From the NCBI GenBank assembly GCA_026988135.1, contig JALSLT010000059.1, forward strand, positions 1 to 50,996: a stretch of DNA of 50,996 bases. Reading direction: 5' to 3'. Of the stretch, positions 1-11,559 are shown in pieces. This DNA comes from Desulfurobacterium sp. Its GTDB lineage: Bacteria; Aquificota; Aquificia; Desulfurobacteriales; Desulfurobacteriaceae. The notes beneath the pieces were generated by a model, which ran no database searches, was not told the DNA's origin, and saw only the letters and a program-made list of their open reading frames with translations. The position numbers were made by a program, and so were the translations under genes. Each line of letters begins with the position of its first letter. The stretch's first letter is position 1.

Positions 1-1
1 T

Positions 2-1204
2 ATCATTGCAGCTTATAAGTTGAAAACAGGAGAAATCGATTTTATCGTTGGCAATCAAGTTGTTTTGGCAACCGGTGGTTCCGGGTGTACTTATTCTTTT
101 ACAACATATTCGGATAGTTCTACCGGAGATGGCCTTGCATATGCTCTTCGATTAGGGCTTCCGCTTGAAGATATGGAGTTTATCCAGTTTCATCCGACGG
201 GGTTGATTCCTTCCGGAATTTTGATGTCTGAAGCTGCCAGAGGAGAAGGGGGACATCTTCTAAACAACGAAGGCGAGAGGTTTATGAAATATTATGCTCC
301 GACTGCTATGGAGCTTGCTCCAAGAGATATTGTTTCTCGCTCAATTTTTGAAGAGATAAAAAAGGGTAGAGCCTTTGAAAAGGATGGTTTGAGCTATGTT
401 CTTCTTGATTTAACACATCTTGGAGAAGAGAAGGTGAAACATAGGTTACATCTTATCAGAGAAGTTTGCATGAAGTTTTTAGGAATAGACCCTGTTAATG
501 AGCCTATTCCCATAAGGCCTGCCGCTCACTACTCTATGGGTGGAATTGCTGCTGATGTTTACGGAGTTACGGAAATTCCCGGAGTTTATGCTATTGGTGA
601 AAATGCGGCTGCAGGAATTCACGGTTCCAATAGACTTGGGACAAATTCTACGGCCGAATGCCTTGTTTGTGGTAAGTTATGTGGTGAAAGAGTTGTTGAG
701 AATATGGAAAAGTTTTCGGGAAGGAAGGAACTTGACCAATCTGTTCTAAAAGATAAGGAGGAGATGTTTTTCTCCCGTATAGGTATAGGTGGCGGAAAGG
801 GAACTTTTTCTTTGTATGAGTTACGAAGGAAATTGCGTGAAACGATGGACAGATTTGTAGGTATAGAGCGCAATAGAGAGGAGCTGGAAAAAGCATTGAA
901 AGAGATAACTAAGATAAAAGAGCAATTTTTGAATGTTAAACTTTCCAACAGTTCTAAAATTTATAACCTTGAACTTATCAATTATAGTGAGCTTCAAAAC
1001 ATGATTGATGTTGCCGAAGTTATAACCGTTTCGGCTTTGAATCGTGAGGAATCCAGAGGAGCTCATTTTAGAACCGATTTTCCCAAAAGAGATGATGAGG
1101 GATTTTTGAAGCATACTCTTGTTAAAAAGGATGGAGAGAAGCTTCATCTTTACTATAGAGACGTAAAGATAACAAAATATAAACCAGTGGAAAGGAAGTA
1201 CTAA
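2..1204 (+). CDS. sdhA: succinate dehydrogenase/fumarate reductase flavoprotein subunit (5' truncated by window edge)
   Basis: Motifs [49 protein letters not shown]. The frame is open back to base 2 ([10 protein letters not shown]), so the real start lies upstream of the window. Confidence 0.95.
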   Translation: MIAAYKLKTGEIDFIVGNQVVLATGGSGCTYSFTTYSDSSTGDGLAYALRLGLPLEDMEFIQFHPTGLIPSGILMSEAARGEGGHLLNNEGERFMKYYAPTAMELAPRDIVSRSIFEEIKKGRAFEKDGLSYVLLDLTHLGEEKVKHRLHLIREVCMKFLGIDPVNEPIPIRPAAHYSMGGIAADVYGVTEIPGVYAIGENAAAGIHGSNRLGTNSTAECLVCGKLCGERVVENMEKFSGRKELDQSVLKDKEEMFFSRIGIGGGKGTFSLYELRRKLRETMDRFVGIERNREELEKALKEITKIKEQFLNVKLSNSSKIYNLELINYSELQNMIDVAEVITVSALNREESRGAHFRTDFPKRDDEGFLKHTLVKKDGEKLHLYYRDVKITKYKPVERKY

Positions 1205-1206
1205 TC

Positions 1207-1530
1207 ATGGTAATGGAAGAGAAATTGTCTAAACTTCACAGAATAACCGGGGTTTTCCTTTTCGTTTATATGATAATTCACGTTCTTTCTAAGGGTCCCG
1301 TATGTGTTTATTTTGATTGGTTGGCTGTGGTTGCCTTTGCGTATCACGCGTTTAACGGAATTAGACTTGTTATTGTCGAGCTTGCTTTGTTGCTTGGAAA
1401 GCCGGGATTTGTGGAGTATCCTTATTCTCCAATTTCTTTAAAATATTCCAGAGTTTTATTTTATCTGTCTATGGTTATGGCTGCCATGTTTCTTGCAATA
1501 CTTATAATAGGTAAGGGGATGACGTCATGA
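1207..1530 (+). CDS. sdhC: succinate dehydrogenase/fumarate reductase cytochrome b membrane anchor
   Basis: LHRITG and HAFNGIRL motifs typical of SdhC, three hydrophobic segments, directly after sdhA. Confidence 0.85.
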   Translation: MVMEEKLSKLHRITGVFLFVYMIIHVLSKGPVCVYFDWLAVVAFAYHAFNGIRLVIVELALLLGKPGFVEYPYSPISLKYSRVLFYLSMVMAAMFLAILIIGKGMTS

Positions 1531-1832
1531 GAAGTGAAAGATTGCTTTACTTTTTCTATCTTACTTCTGCGATTTTTGTGTTTTTCTTTTTCATAATTCA
1601 TAATCTAATGATGCATATTAAACCGATAAAAGAGCTTTTACATCCGAAAACTCCTTATTTTATATATGTTCTTGATTTTTCAATTCTTGCGATTTTATAT
1701 CATGGACTTTACGGTATCCGTTCTATAGTTGTTGAAAAAAGAGGGTATAGTAAAGTTACGGATTATGTTTTTTGTAGTGTCGGTGCGGTTCTATCTGTAA
1801 TTTTAATAGCTGCCAAACATAAGGTTATTTAA
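1527..1832 (+). CDS. sdhD: succinate dehydrogenase/fumarate reductase small membrane anchor
   Basis: Three TM segments, YHGLYGIRSI heme-ligand motif, ATGA overlap with sdhC. Confidence 0.8.
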   Translation: MRSERLLYFFYLTSAIFVFFFFIIHNLMMHIKPIKELLHPKTPYFIYVLDFSILAILYHGLYGIRSIVVEKRGYSKVTDYVFCSVGAVLSVILIAAKHKVI

Positions 1833-1852
1833 ATTTGGGGAGTGATTAAAAA

Positions 1853-2596
1853 ATGGAAGAATATAGATTTATAATTAGTAGGTTTGATCCGGCCAAAGAC
1901 AGCGCTTCGTATGAACAAACATTCAAGGTTCCTAAACTTGCCAGTATAGTTACGATTCTTGATGCCCTTAATTACATAAAAGAACATATTGATTCAGGTA
2001 TTTCCTATAGACATTCCTGCCGTATGGCAATATGTGGTTCTTGTGCCGTAAAGGTGAATGGTGTTCCTAAGCTTGCGTGTATAACAAAGATAGCTCAGCT
2101 TGGGAATGATACTGTGAAACTTGAACCTTTGTCAAAATATCCTGTTGTTAAAGATCTTGTTGTTGACCTTGAGCCGTTTTTCAAGAAACATGAAATGGTT
2201 AAGACTTATCTTATAAATAAACATGAGGATATCTATTCGATAGAGCCTGATAGGGAGTTGAAGCAAACACCGGAGCAGCTTGCGAAATATATACAGTTTG
2301 CCTATTGTATAAAATGTGGTAATTGTTATAGTGTTTGTATGGGGACTCCCGATTTATCAAAAGGAACAGTAGAAGGATTTATCGGGCCTCAGGCTCTTGC
2401 TCAGGCTTACAGATATTCGGTTGATAACAGGGATGAAGGATTTGAAGAAAGACTTGAAGTTATTGCTTCTCCGGAAGGAGTTTTTAGATGCCATTTTGCC
2501 GGTAGTTGTTCTGCTGTATGTGGGAAGGGCTGTGATCCTGCACTTGCCCTACAGTTTTTAAGAAGAGCTGCCCTTTTTGGAAAAAAACCATGTTGA
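1853..2596 (+). CDS. sdhB: succinate dehydrogenase/fumarate reductase iron-sulfur subunit
   Basis: SCRMAICGSC...LAC (2Fe-2S), CIKCGNCYSVC and CHFAGSCSAVC cluster motifs, VKDLVVD. Confidence 0.95.
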   Translation: MEEYRFIISRFDPAKDSASYEQTFKVPKLASIVTILDALNYIKEHIDSGISYRHSCRMAICGSCAVKVNGVPKLACITKIAQLGNDTVKLEPLSKYPVVKDLVVDLEPFFKKHEMVKTYLINKHEDIYSIEPDRELKQTPEQLAKYIQFAYCIKCGNCYSVCMGTPDLSKGTVEGFIGPQALAQAYRYSVDNRDEGFEERLEVIASPEGVFRCHFAGSCSAVCGKGCDPALALQFLRRAALFGKKPC

Positions 2597-2648
2597 AAAT
2601 TTATTGTAGAATAGTTGCATAATTCCGTTTAGTTTTCGGAGAATATCT

Positions 2649-3803
2649 ATGTTTACGAGAAGACAGTTTCTTAAAGTTTTGAGTTTGGGAGGGTTTTTTT
2701 CCTTTTCGAATGTAGAGTTGTCCTTTGCCAAAAAGTATATTCCTTATGTGAAGCGAATAAGGTATTCTTCATCTTCGAAAAGGACAAGAATTGTTTTTGA
2801 TTTAAGCGGGAAGGTTTATAAGAAATATATATCCAACTATATGAAGCATAATTATCTTGTTTTTGTAGTAAAAGGATTGAGGACGGATAGAAAGAAAGTG
2901 TATTTTAGAAGCAAATATGCGAAATATGTGGAAGTAATACCTTTGACTTCAACGAAAACTAAAATAAGAATAAAACTGGATTCCCCTCGGTCTTATAAAA
3001 TTTTTGCTTTGAAATCGAGAGGAAAAAAATCTTTCAGACTTGTTATAGATGTATTTCCTGACTTTATGCCTTTAAAGCTAAAAACCGAGCTTGGGAAAAG
3101 GGTTGTTGTTCTTGATCCCGGACATGGAGGGAAAGACCCCGGAGCTATATGGCCTATTCATTGGAGACATCCCAAGTATAAGGAAAAAAACATAACTCTT
3201 GGTATTGCGAAGAAAGTTAAAAAGCTTCTTGAAAAAGATTCTCGTATATCTGTGATAATGACAAGAGAGAGGGATGTTTTTGTTCCTCTTTTGAAACGGG
3301 CCGAGATAGCGGCTAAAAGTTGTGCGGACGCGTTTGTTAGTATTCATGCGGACTCTATGCCGAACCATCCAAGATGGAGAGGAGTTACTGTTTTTAAAGC
3401 TTCTCCGACTCTTTTTGCAAAAGCTACAAATACGGCTGAAGCTATAGCTAAAAATGTGAAAATATGTTCGGATACTATGTGTTGGAGTATAACACCCGTT
3501 ATTGTTTCTCTTTCAAGTACTGTAACTTTTGTTGAGAGTAGAAAGCTTGCCGAATCGATAGTTAAAAGATTAAAAGCCAATGATAATGAAAATATCGTAA
3601 AAGGCATAAAAGATATGAAAAGGAACATTCTTGTTATAAAAACTCCGGGTCGTCCGGCGGTACTGGTAGAGACCGGATTTATGACAAATAGGTATGATAG
3701 AAAAAATCTTCTCAAGAGTAGTTATCAGTGGAAAATAGCAAAAGGGATAGCTCAAGGTATAAAGGAGTATCTTCGTTCTCTTGATAAGGTTGCAATGTAT
3801 TAG
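2649..3803 (+). CDS. amiC: N-acetylmuramoyl-L-alanine amidase (Tat signal, AMIN domain, Amidase_3)
   Basis: TRRQFLK twin-arginine signal; RIVFDL...RLVID AMIN motifs; LDPGHGGKDPGA, SIHAD and LVETGF catalytic motifs. Confidence 0.9.
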   Translation: MFTRRQFLKVLSLGGFFSFSNVELSFAKKYIPYVKRIRYSSSSKRTRIVFDLSGKVYKKYISNYMKHNYLVFVVKGLRTDRKKVYFRSKYAKYVEVIPLTSTKTKIRIKLDSPRSYKIFALKSRGKKSFRLVIDVFPDFMPLKLKTELGKRVVVLDPGHGGKDPGAIWPIHWRHPKYKEKNITLGIAKKVKKLLEKDSRISVIMTRERDVFVPLLKRAEIAAKSCADAFVSIHADSMPNHPRWRGVTVFKASPTLFAKATNTAEAIAKNVKICSDTMCWSITPVIVSLSSTVTFVESRKLAESIVKRLKANDNENIVKGIKDMKRNILVIKTPGRPAVLVETGFMTNRYDRKNLLKSSYQWKIAKGIAQGIKEYLRSLDKVAMY

Positions 3804-4480
3804 ATTTCCTGTTTTATAACGAGTAGTCCGTCACCTACCGGCAATAGAGAGATGTCAAAACTGGGGTATGTTTTTATATCATCGAGAAATTTTTTAAGTA
3901 GTTTTACGCTTCTTTTATACTTTTTGGGATAGTTATCGCAAATATATCCTCTAAAAAGTACATTATCAAAAATAGCTATGCCGTTATTGTTAAGAAGGGT
4001 TTGGATTTTATAATTGAAAAACGGATATTCTGACTTCATCGAATCTGCAAATATGAGGTCAAATTTTCTTTCGTTACAGATAAGCTCTGTGATTGTTTCG
4101 AAAATGTCGTTACAAATAAAGTCTGTTTTAAAATCGCTTTTTTTAATAAAACTTCTTGCTATTTCAATTCTATCTGCGTTGAAATCTACTGATGTTAAAT
4201 TGCACTTGCCGTTGACGGCAAGTAGCATATTTAAAGTGCTGTATCCGATTCCGGTACCGAGTTCGAGAATCGTTTTCGGTTGTTTTAATCTGCAAATGAG
4301 TTGAAGTAACTTTGCCGAAGAGGGTAGGAGAATAGGAACTTTGTTTTCTGCCGCAAATTTTTCCATTTCGATAAGGAGATGGTTCCCTTTATTGTAAATA
4401 TCTACAAATTTTTCAATTTCCGTAGGTGTTATCTCACTTAGATTGTTCCATCTGTTTTCTAAAAACTTTTCGTTTTTCAT
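3800..4480 (-). CDS. class I SAM-dependent O-methyltransferase (YrrM/TrmR-like)
   Basis: ILELGTGIGYS, FDLIFAD, DNVLFRG and LPVGDGL motifs of methyltransferase family 3. Confidence 0.85.
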   Translation of the reverse strand: MKNEKFLENRWNNLSEITPTEIEKFVDIYNKGNHLLIEMEKFAAENKVPILLPSSAKLLQLICRLKQPKTILELGTGIGYSTLNMLLAVNGKCNLTSVDFNADRIEIARSFIKKSDFKTDFICNDIFETITELICNERKFDLIFADSMKSEYPFFNYKIQTLLNNNGIAIFDNVLFRGYICDNYPKKYKRSVKLLKKFLDDIKTYPSFDISLLPVGDGLLVIKQEI

Positions 4481-4551
4481 AACTTTGTCCTTAAATTTTG
4501 TTATGGTTTATTCTATCAGAGAGGAAGAATTACGGTTTAAAGGAGGTTCCC

Positions 4552-5116
4552 TTGCTCTATTTCATTTCGGATACCCATTTTTATCATTCGAATATTGTAA
4601 ACTTGAGTGCTTTTAGATTTGATGGATTTGAAGATAGAATTCTTGAAAATCTTGAAAGAATAATTGTTCCCGATGATGTGCTTTTTCATCTTGGTGATTT
4701 TACTTGGACATTGAAAGATAAAAAGGGATATCTGAAAAGGTGGCAAGCTTTACCGTGTAAAAAGTTTTTGATTCTCGGGAATCATGATTATAAATTTTCA
4801 AAAAATCTTGGTCCATATTTTGATAAAATCTATAATTTTGTTAAATTGCTGGAAATCGGAGAATTGAGGTTGCTTCTTTCGCATTTTCCTGCTCTTGATT
4901 TAAGGAAAAAGAAACGTTATCTTGGAAAAATATTTAAGGTGAAGGAGCTCTTTTATTTTTCCAGATGCGATATCCTTTTTCATGGACATGTTCATCGTAA
5001 CAGTTTTAATGTTCACTGTGGTTGTGGTATTTATAATATTCCGTGTTTTAATGTTAATGTTGAGTTTACCGGTTATAGACCAGTTGCTTTGGAATGGGTT
5101 TTAAGGAGGGTGAGTA

Positions 5117-5127
<11 letters not shown>
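4552..5127 (+). CDS. calcineurin-like metallophosphoesterase (Aquifex AQ1575-like family)
   Basis: SDTHF, HLGD, GNHD, SHFP and HGHVH motifs. Start moved to TTG 4552 after AAGGAGG (ORF track starts at 4498). Confidence 0.85.
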
Positions 5128-6927
<1,800 letters not shown>

Positions 6928-6935
6928 GGGGTGTT

Positions 6936-7865
6936 ATGATAGTTTCTGTTTGTCCTAACCCGTGCCTTGATGTTTACTACTATACAACGGTTTTAAGGGA
7001 AGATGATACAAATAGAGTGGAAAACCCTTTTATTTCTCCTGGAGGGAAGGGCCTCAATGCGGCAAGAGTTATAAATAGGCTTGGTTCATCTCCTAACCTT
7101 GTCATTACTTTGGGTGGTTGTATAGGAGAATGTGTCAGCCAGGGTTTAAGGAATGAAAATGTTGAATTTTCCGCTCTGGATATTGAAAAGGAAACGAGAG
7201 TCAATACTATTTTGGAGCAAAAAGGAAAAAAATCGCATATTCTTATAGCAAGTAAAGGTCCTTCCCTTTCGCAAAATGAAATAAACGCTTTGGAAGATTT
7301 GATTTGTAATTATTCTCCCCAGTTTCTTATTTTAGGGGGGAGTGTACCGCCGGGGTTACCCGAAACTTTCTATAAAGAGATTATAGAGTATTATAAATCT
7401 AAAGGATGTGATGTTATTGTTGATGCTGACGGAGAGCTTTTAAAGAGCACTGTTACCGCTTCTCCGCTCGCAATAAAACCAAATAGGTATGAGCTTGAAA
7501 GGCTTGTAGGAAGGCCTCTTTTTGATTTTAATGATATTGTTAAAGCGTGTCGGGAAGTCGTTTCTTCCGGAGTTTCGGTTGTTGTTAGCTCTTTAGGTAG
7601 GTACGGAGCGGTTGCTGTTACGGCTGATAGAGTTATACGAGCTGTTCCTCCCGAAGTTGAGGTTCTTAATACTGTTGGAGCCGGGGATTCTGTAGTTGGT
7701 GGCTTTGTTTATTCTCTTGATAAAGGTTGGCCTCTTGAAGAATCTCTTGCATTTGCTGTTGCTTGTGGAACGGCAACGGTAATGAGAGAAGGTCCGAAAC
7801 TTTGTGAAATTGAGACTGTTTATGATGTCTATGAAAGAGTAGTAATTTCTCATATTAAAGAGTAA
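6936..7865 (+). CDS. 1-phosphofructokinase family hexose kinase (PfkB/FruK/LacC)
   Basis: NPCLD, PGGKGLNAA, GSVPPG, IKPNRYEL and NTVGAGDS PfkB signature. Confidence 0.9.
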   Translation: MIVSVCPNPCLDVYYYTTVLREDDTNRVENPFISPGGKGLNAARVINRLGSSPNLVITLGGCIGECVSQGLRNENVEFSALDIEKETRVNTILEQKGKKSHILIASKGPSLSQNEINALEDLICNYSPQFLILGGSVPPGLPETFYKEIIEYYKSKGCDVIVDADGELLKSTVTASPLAIKPNRYELERLVGRPLFDFNDIVKACREVVSSGVSVVVSSLGRYGAVAVTADRVIRAVPPEVEVLNTVGAGDSVVGGFVYSLDKGWPLEESLAFAVACGTATVMREGPKLCEIETVYDVYERVVISHIKE

Positions 7866-7932
7866 TTTGTTGCTTTAGAAACTCTCTTTTAGGATAATTA
7901 CCCGTGCAAATTAACGAACCTGGAGAGGAAAG

Positions 7933-9726
7933 ATGATTGATTGTTTTGGTAGCTTTGAAAGAAATTGCTATTGCAGTGAACTTGGAAAAGAGGATATAGG
8001 AAAGAGAGTTTCTCTTACGGGATGGGTTGATTCTACTAGAGATCACGGAGGAGTGGTTTTTATAGATTTAAGAGATAGAACTGGAAAGGTACAGATAGTT
8101 GTTAGTCCTCAGATAAGCGAGGAATTGACAGAGAAAGCTAAAAAGATAAGAGATGAGTTTGTCCTTGCTGTTAGCGGAGAAGTGAGAAAAAGGCCTGAAG
8201 GAACTGTAAATTGCAAAATCCCAACCGGAGAGATTGAGGTTTATATTGATGAGTTGAAAATTTTGAACCGTTCGGAGCCTCTTCCGTTTCCTACTGAAGA
8301 TGATGTAAATGTTGGGGAAGATACACGTTTAAGATTTAGGTTTCTTGACCTTAGAAGGGGAAAGATGCAGAAAAATATTATTTTTAGACATAAACTTTAT
8401 CAGGTGGTCAGGAAAACTTTTGATAAGGAAGGGTTTATAGAGGTAGAGACTCCCTTTCTTACAAAGAGTACTCCTGAAGGTGCGAGAGATTTTCTGGTTC
8501 CAAGTCGTATGCATATAGGAAAGTTTTATGCACTTCCGCAGTCACCTCAGCTTTTTAAACAGATTCTTATGGTTTCCGGTTTTGATAAATATTTTCAAAT
8601 TGTTAAGTGTTTTAGAGATGAGGATCTCAGAGCGGACAGACAGCCTGAATTTACACAGATAGACTTTGAGATGTCTTTTATAAAAGAGAAAGATGTAATG
8701 TCGTTTGCAGAAAGACTTATAAAGCGAATATATACAGAGCTTCTCGGTATAGATGTGGAAACTCCTCTGTCTGTAATGACTTACGATGAAGCTATGGAAA
8801 GGTTTGGAACAGATAGGCCTGATACAAGGTTCGGACTTGAGCTTAAAAATCTAACGGATATTGTAAAAGAATCTGGTTTTAAGGTTTTTAGAATGGTAGC
8901 GGAAAACGGTGGGGTTGTGAAAGCTTTAAACTTTAAAGGGGGAGCTTCCCTTTCCCGTAAGGAGATTGATGAACTTACAAAATTTGTCGGTATATATGGG
9001 GCAAAAGGTCTTGCATGGATAAAAGTTCAGCCGGACGGATTACAGTCTCCGATTGTTAAGTTTTTTACCGAAGGGGAGATGAACGAAATTTTAGAACGGC
9101 TTGATTCTGAACCCGGAGATATTCTTTTCTTTGTTGCAGATAGAAAAGATGTGGTAAATAATGCTCTTTCAAACTTAAGATTAAAGCTTGGAAAGATAGC
9201 AGACTTAATAGATGAGAATAAAGTCAATCTTCTTTGGATTACCGATTTTCCCATGTTTGAATGGAATGAGGAAGAGGAAAGATGGGAAGCTCTTCATCAT
9301 CCTTTTACAAGTCCTAAGGAAGAAGATATTGAGAAGCTTGAAACAGCTCCCGGGGAAGTGAGAGCAAGGGCTTATGATATGGTTCTTAACGGCGTTGAAA
9401 TCGGCGGAGGGAGTATTCGTATTCATAGGCCTGACATCCAGGAGAAAGTGTTCGAAATCATAGGATTATCGGAAAAAGAAGCTTCCGATAGATTTGGATT
9501 TTTAATAGAAGCTTTAAAGTACGGTGCACCTCCTCACGGCGGAATGGCTTTTGGACTTGATAGAATATGCACTATCCTCTGCAACGAGGACTCTATTAGA
9601 GAAGTTATCGCATTTCCGAAAACTCAAAGGGGACAGTGTCTCTTCACGGGAGCTCCGGATACTGTAAGAGATGAACAGCTTGATGAACTTGGAATTACTA
9701 TAGAAGCAGAAGAAGAAAAGGAGTAA
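7933..9726 (+). CDS. aspS: aspartate--tRNA(Asp/Asn) ligase
   Basis: RDHGGVVFIDLRD, TPEGARDF, LPQSPQLFKQ, FRDEDLRADRQPEFTQ, GAPPHGG. Confidence 0.98.
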   Translation: MIDCFGSFERNCYCSELGKEDIGKRVSLTGWVDSTRDHGGVVFIDLRDRTGKVQIVVSPQISEELTEKAKKIRDEFVLAVSGEVRKRPEGTVNCKIPTGEIEVYIDELKILNRSEPLPFPTEDDVNVGEDTRLRFRFLDLRRGKMQKNIIFRHKLYQVVRKTFDKEGFIEVETPFLTKSTPEGARDFLVPSRMHIGKFYALPQSPQLFKQILMVSGFDKYFQIVKCFRDEDLRADRQPEFTQIDFEMSFIKEKDVMSFAERLIKRIYTELLGIDVETPLSVMTYDEAMERFGTDRPDTRFGLELKNLTDIVKESGFKVFRMVAENGGVVKALNFKGGASLSRKEIDELTKFVGIYGAKGLAWIKVQPDGLQSPIVKFFTEGEMNEILERLDSEPGDILFFVADRKDVVNNALSNLRLKLGKIADLIDENKVNLLWITDFPMFEWNEEEERWEALHHPFTSPKEEDIEKLETAPGEVRARAYDMVLNGVEIGGGSIRIHRPDIQEKVFEIIGLSEKEASDRFGFLIEALKYGAPPHGGMAFGLDRICTILCNEDSIREVIAFPKTQRGQCLFTGAPDTVRDEQLDELGITIEAEEEKE

Positions 9727-9733
9727 TAATTTC

Positions 9734-9761
9734 CAGCGGGCTTTTGCCCGCTGCTATTTTT
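9734..9761. terminator. probable bidirectional intrinsic terminator between aspS and elyC-like gene
   Basis: CAGCGGGC-TTTT-GCCCGCTG hairpin followed by CTATTTTT, between convergent genes. Confidence 0.8.
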
Positions 9762-10530
9762 AAATGTATCCGTTAATTTTTTCCCACATTATTCCCAGTA
9801 TTTCATAAAAAAGTCTTTCACTTTTCTGCACTCCTTCATAAGAGGGAAAATAGTCCCAGATAGGATAATTTTTCCTTTTTTTGGTTAAATAGGAGCTTGG
9901 TGAAGGTATTGGCTTTAATCCCTGTTTTTTAAATAGAAAAACAGCTCGTGGCATGTGAGAAGCAGAGGTGACCAGTATAAATTTTTTGTCTTTTAAAAGG
10001 CTTTTAAGAGATAGCACTTCTTCAACGGTATCCTTTGCCCGCTCCTCTAAAACGATATCAGACGGGGGAATCCCGAGCATTACTGCTGTTGCTGCCATAA
10101 TTTCAGCATTACTTTTATTGTCAGCAAGCTCTATTTTTCCGCCGGAATAGATAATCTTTGCCTGTGGAAAAAGCTTTTTAAGACGGACACTTTCTACCAC
10201 TCTTGCCAGGGTGGATGTGTAAAGCTGGGAATTTGGCGGTAGAACTTCTTCACTTACATGTCCGCCTCCCAGTACTACTATATAAGAGATGTCGCTTTTA
10301 TGTTCTCTTACAGGAAGATATTGATGCTCAAAAGGATACATAAACTGGTCTATAAACGGAGTGCAGCTTATAAGGCCGAGAAAAGCAACACCTAAAATTA
10401 TTAAAGCTTTACCAGTTTTTTTAAATCTACTTTTACTGTTCAGCAGCCATCCAAGCGTAATAATTTCAAGTCCTAACGGAAGGGGAAAGAGAAACCTTGC
10501 TATCACTTTTTTTAATATAAAACTAACCAT
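9760..10530 (-). CDS. elyC: envelope biogenesis factor ElyC (DUF218/YdcF family)
   Basis: Two N-terminal TM helices, IVVLGGG, SGG, LVTSASHMPRA, YEILG. Confidence 0.8.
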   Translation of the reverse strand: MVSFILKKVIARFLFPLPLGLEIITLGWLLNSKSRFKKTGKALIILGVAFLGLISCTPFIDQFMYPFEHQYLPVREHKSDISYIVVLGGGHVSEEVLPPNSQLYTSTLARVVESVRLKKLFPQAKIIYSGGKIELADNKSNAEIMAATAVMLGIPPSDIVLEERAKDTVEEVLSLKSLLKDKKFILVTSASHMPRAVFLFKKQGLKPIPSPSSYLTKKRKNYPIWDYFPSYEGVQKSERLFYEILGIMWEKINGYI

Positions 10531-10736
10531 AATAATTTAGTTTACTTGAGATTTACCTTAGAGTAAAGCGATCAAACAACAGAAAGTGAGCTTTGGATTA
10601 TAGAGCTAATAAAACCAGCAGTTGATTTTAAGAGTTTATAATTTTATTGACTTTTGAATTACAAGCTTGTTGAGAAGTCTGGAGATTATATTAAAAGTTG
10701 TTAGGATATTTGCTATATGTTGAACTTGAATAAATA

Positions 10737-10777
10737 TTGATTTTGTATGCTAAATAGCATATATTGCGTAGCGTAAT
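10737..10777 (+). promoter_or_regulatory. sigma70-type promoter with palindromic operator for the dinJ-yafQ module
   Basis: TTGATT(10737)-17 nt-TATATT(10760). Inverted repeat TATGCTA-AA-TAGCATA (10746-10761) lies in the spacer, with a second imperfect repeat ATTGCG-TAG-CGTAAT just downstream. Confidence 0.55.
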
Positions 10778-10798
10778 AATATTTTAGAAGGTGCTACT

Positions 10799-11059
10799 AT
10801 GGGTGCTAAAATACACACAACTTTGAGAGTGGATGAGAAAAATTATAAGGAAGCAAAGGAAATTTTAGAAAGATTGGGGCTTAATGTTAGTCAGGCATTT
10901 AACATTTTTATAGCTATGATAAAAGAGACAAGGGGTTTACCTTTTGAGGTAAAGATACCAAATAAAGAAACCCAGAAAGTGATTAAAGAGGCGAGGAAAG
11001 GGGATAATCTCATAGAAATAGAGAATCTAAATGAGCTAAAGAAAATAACAGAGGATTAA
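10799..11059 (+). CDS. dinJ: type II TA antitoxin, RelB/DinJ family
   Basis: TLRVD...EAKEILERLGLNVSQAFNIF...GLPFEVKIPNKET, the typical DinJ pattern. Confidence 0.88.
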   Translation: MGAKIHTTLRVDEKNYKEAKEILERLGLNVSQAFNIFIAMIKETRGLPFEVKIPNKETQKVIKEARKGDNLIEIENLNELKKITED

Positions 11060-11064
11060 AGAAT

Positions 11065-11340
11065 TTGTATAGACTCAAAGTTCATAAACAGTTTTTAAAA
11101 GATTTTAAAAAAGTGAGGTTAAATCAATCAAACACAGAGAAACTGTTTCATTTTATTTCTTGTTTAATCAGTGGTACCACTATGCCTCCTGAAGCAAAAG
11201 ACCATGCTCTGCTTGGAGAGTGGGAAGATACACGAGAATTTCATATATCCGGGGATTTGTTGGTTATTTACAGGAAAGATGATAATTTAAAGGAAATACA
11301 ACTTCTTAGAATTGGAACACATTCGCAACTTTTTAGGTGA
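11065..11340 (+). CDS. yafQ: type II TA mRNA interferase toxin, YafQ family
   Basis: FLKDFKK, DHALLGEW, REFHISGDLLVIY and LLRIGTHSQLF with the catalytic His. Confidence 0.9.
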   Translation: MYRLKVHKQFLKDFKKVRLNQSNTEKLFHFISCLISGTTMPPEAKDHALLGEWEDTREFHISGDLLVIYRKDDNLKEIQLLRIGTHSQLFR

Positions 11341-11559
11341 TAAGGAAAAATTTCAGGTAGCAAAAACTGTTATTTAAAAAGCCTGGTAGCATCTGGATTT
11401 AGAGAATATATATCGCGGAAAAGATGGGCTAACTATGAATGGTAAAATGCTGGTGTAAATTAGGGGTCCATCTCATTAAACAGATTTTTGTAGTACTTTG
11501 ATTGTAGGGATTTTGAGGTTTAAGAAATCTAAAAGTATTTTAACTCTAAGGGGGAAGTT

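Noticed and set aside
10531-10736. Possible gene remnant at the left edge of the island (…ELWIIELIKPAVDFKSL*)
   Set aside because: Only about 24 codons, no start codon, no recognisable family.
11341-11559. Possible IS end (GGGGTCCATCTCATTAAA near 11463) and a start-less ~34-codon frame
   Set aside because: No matching inverted copy, target duplication or transposase was seen; too short to support a call.
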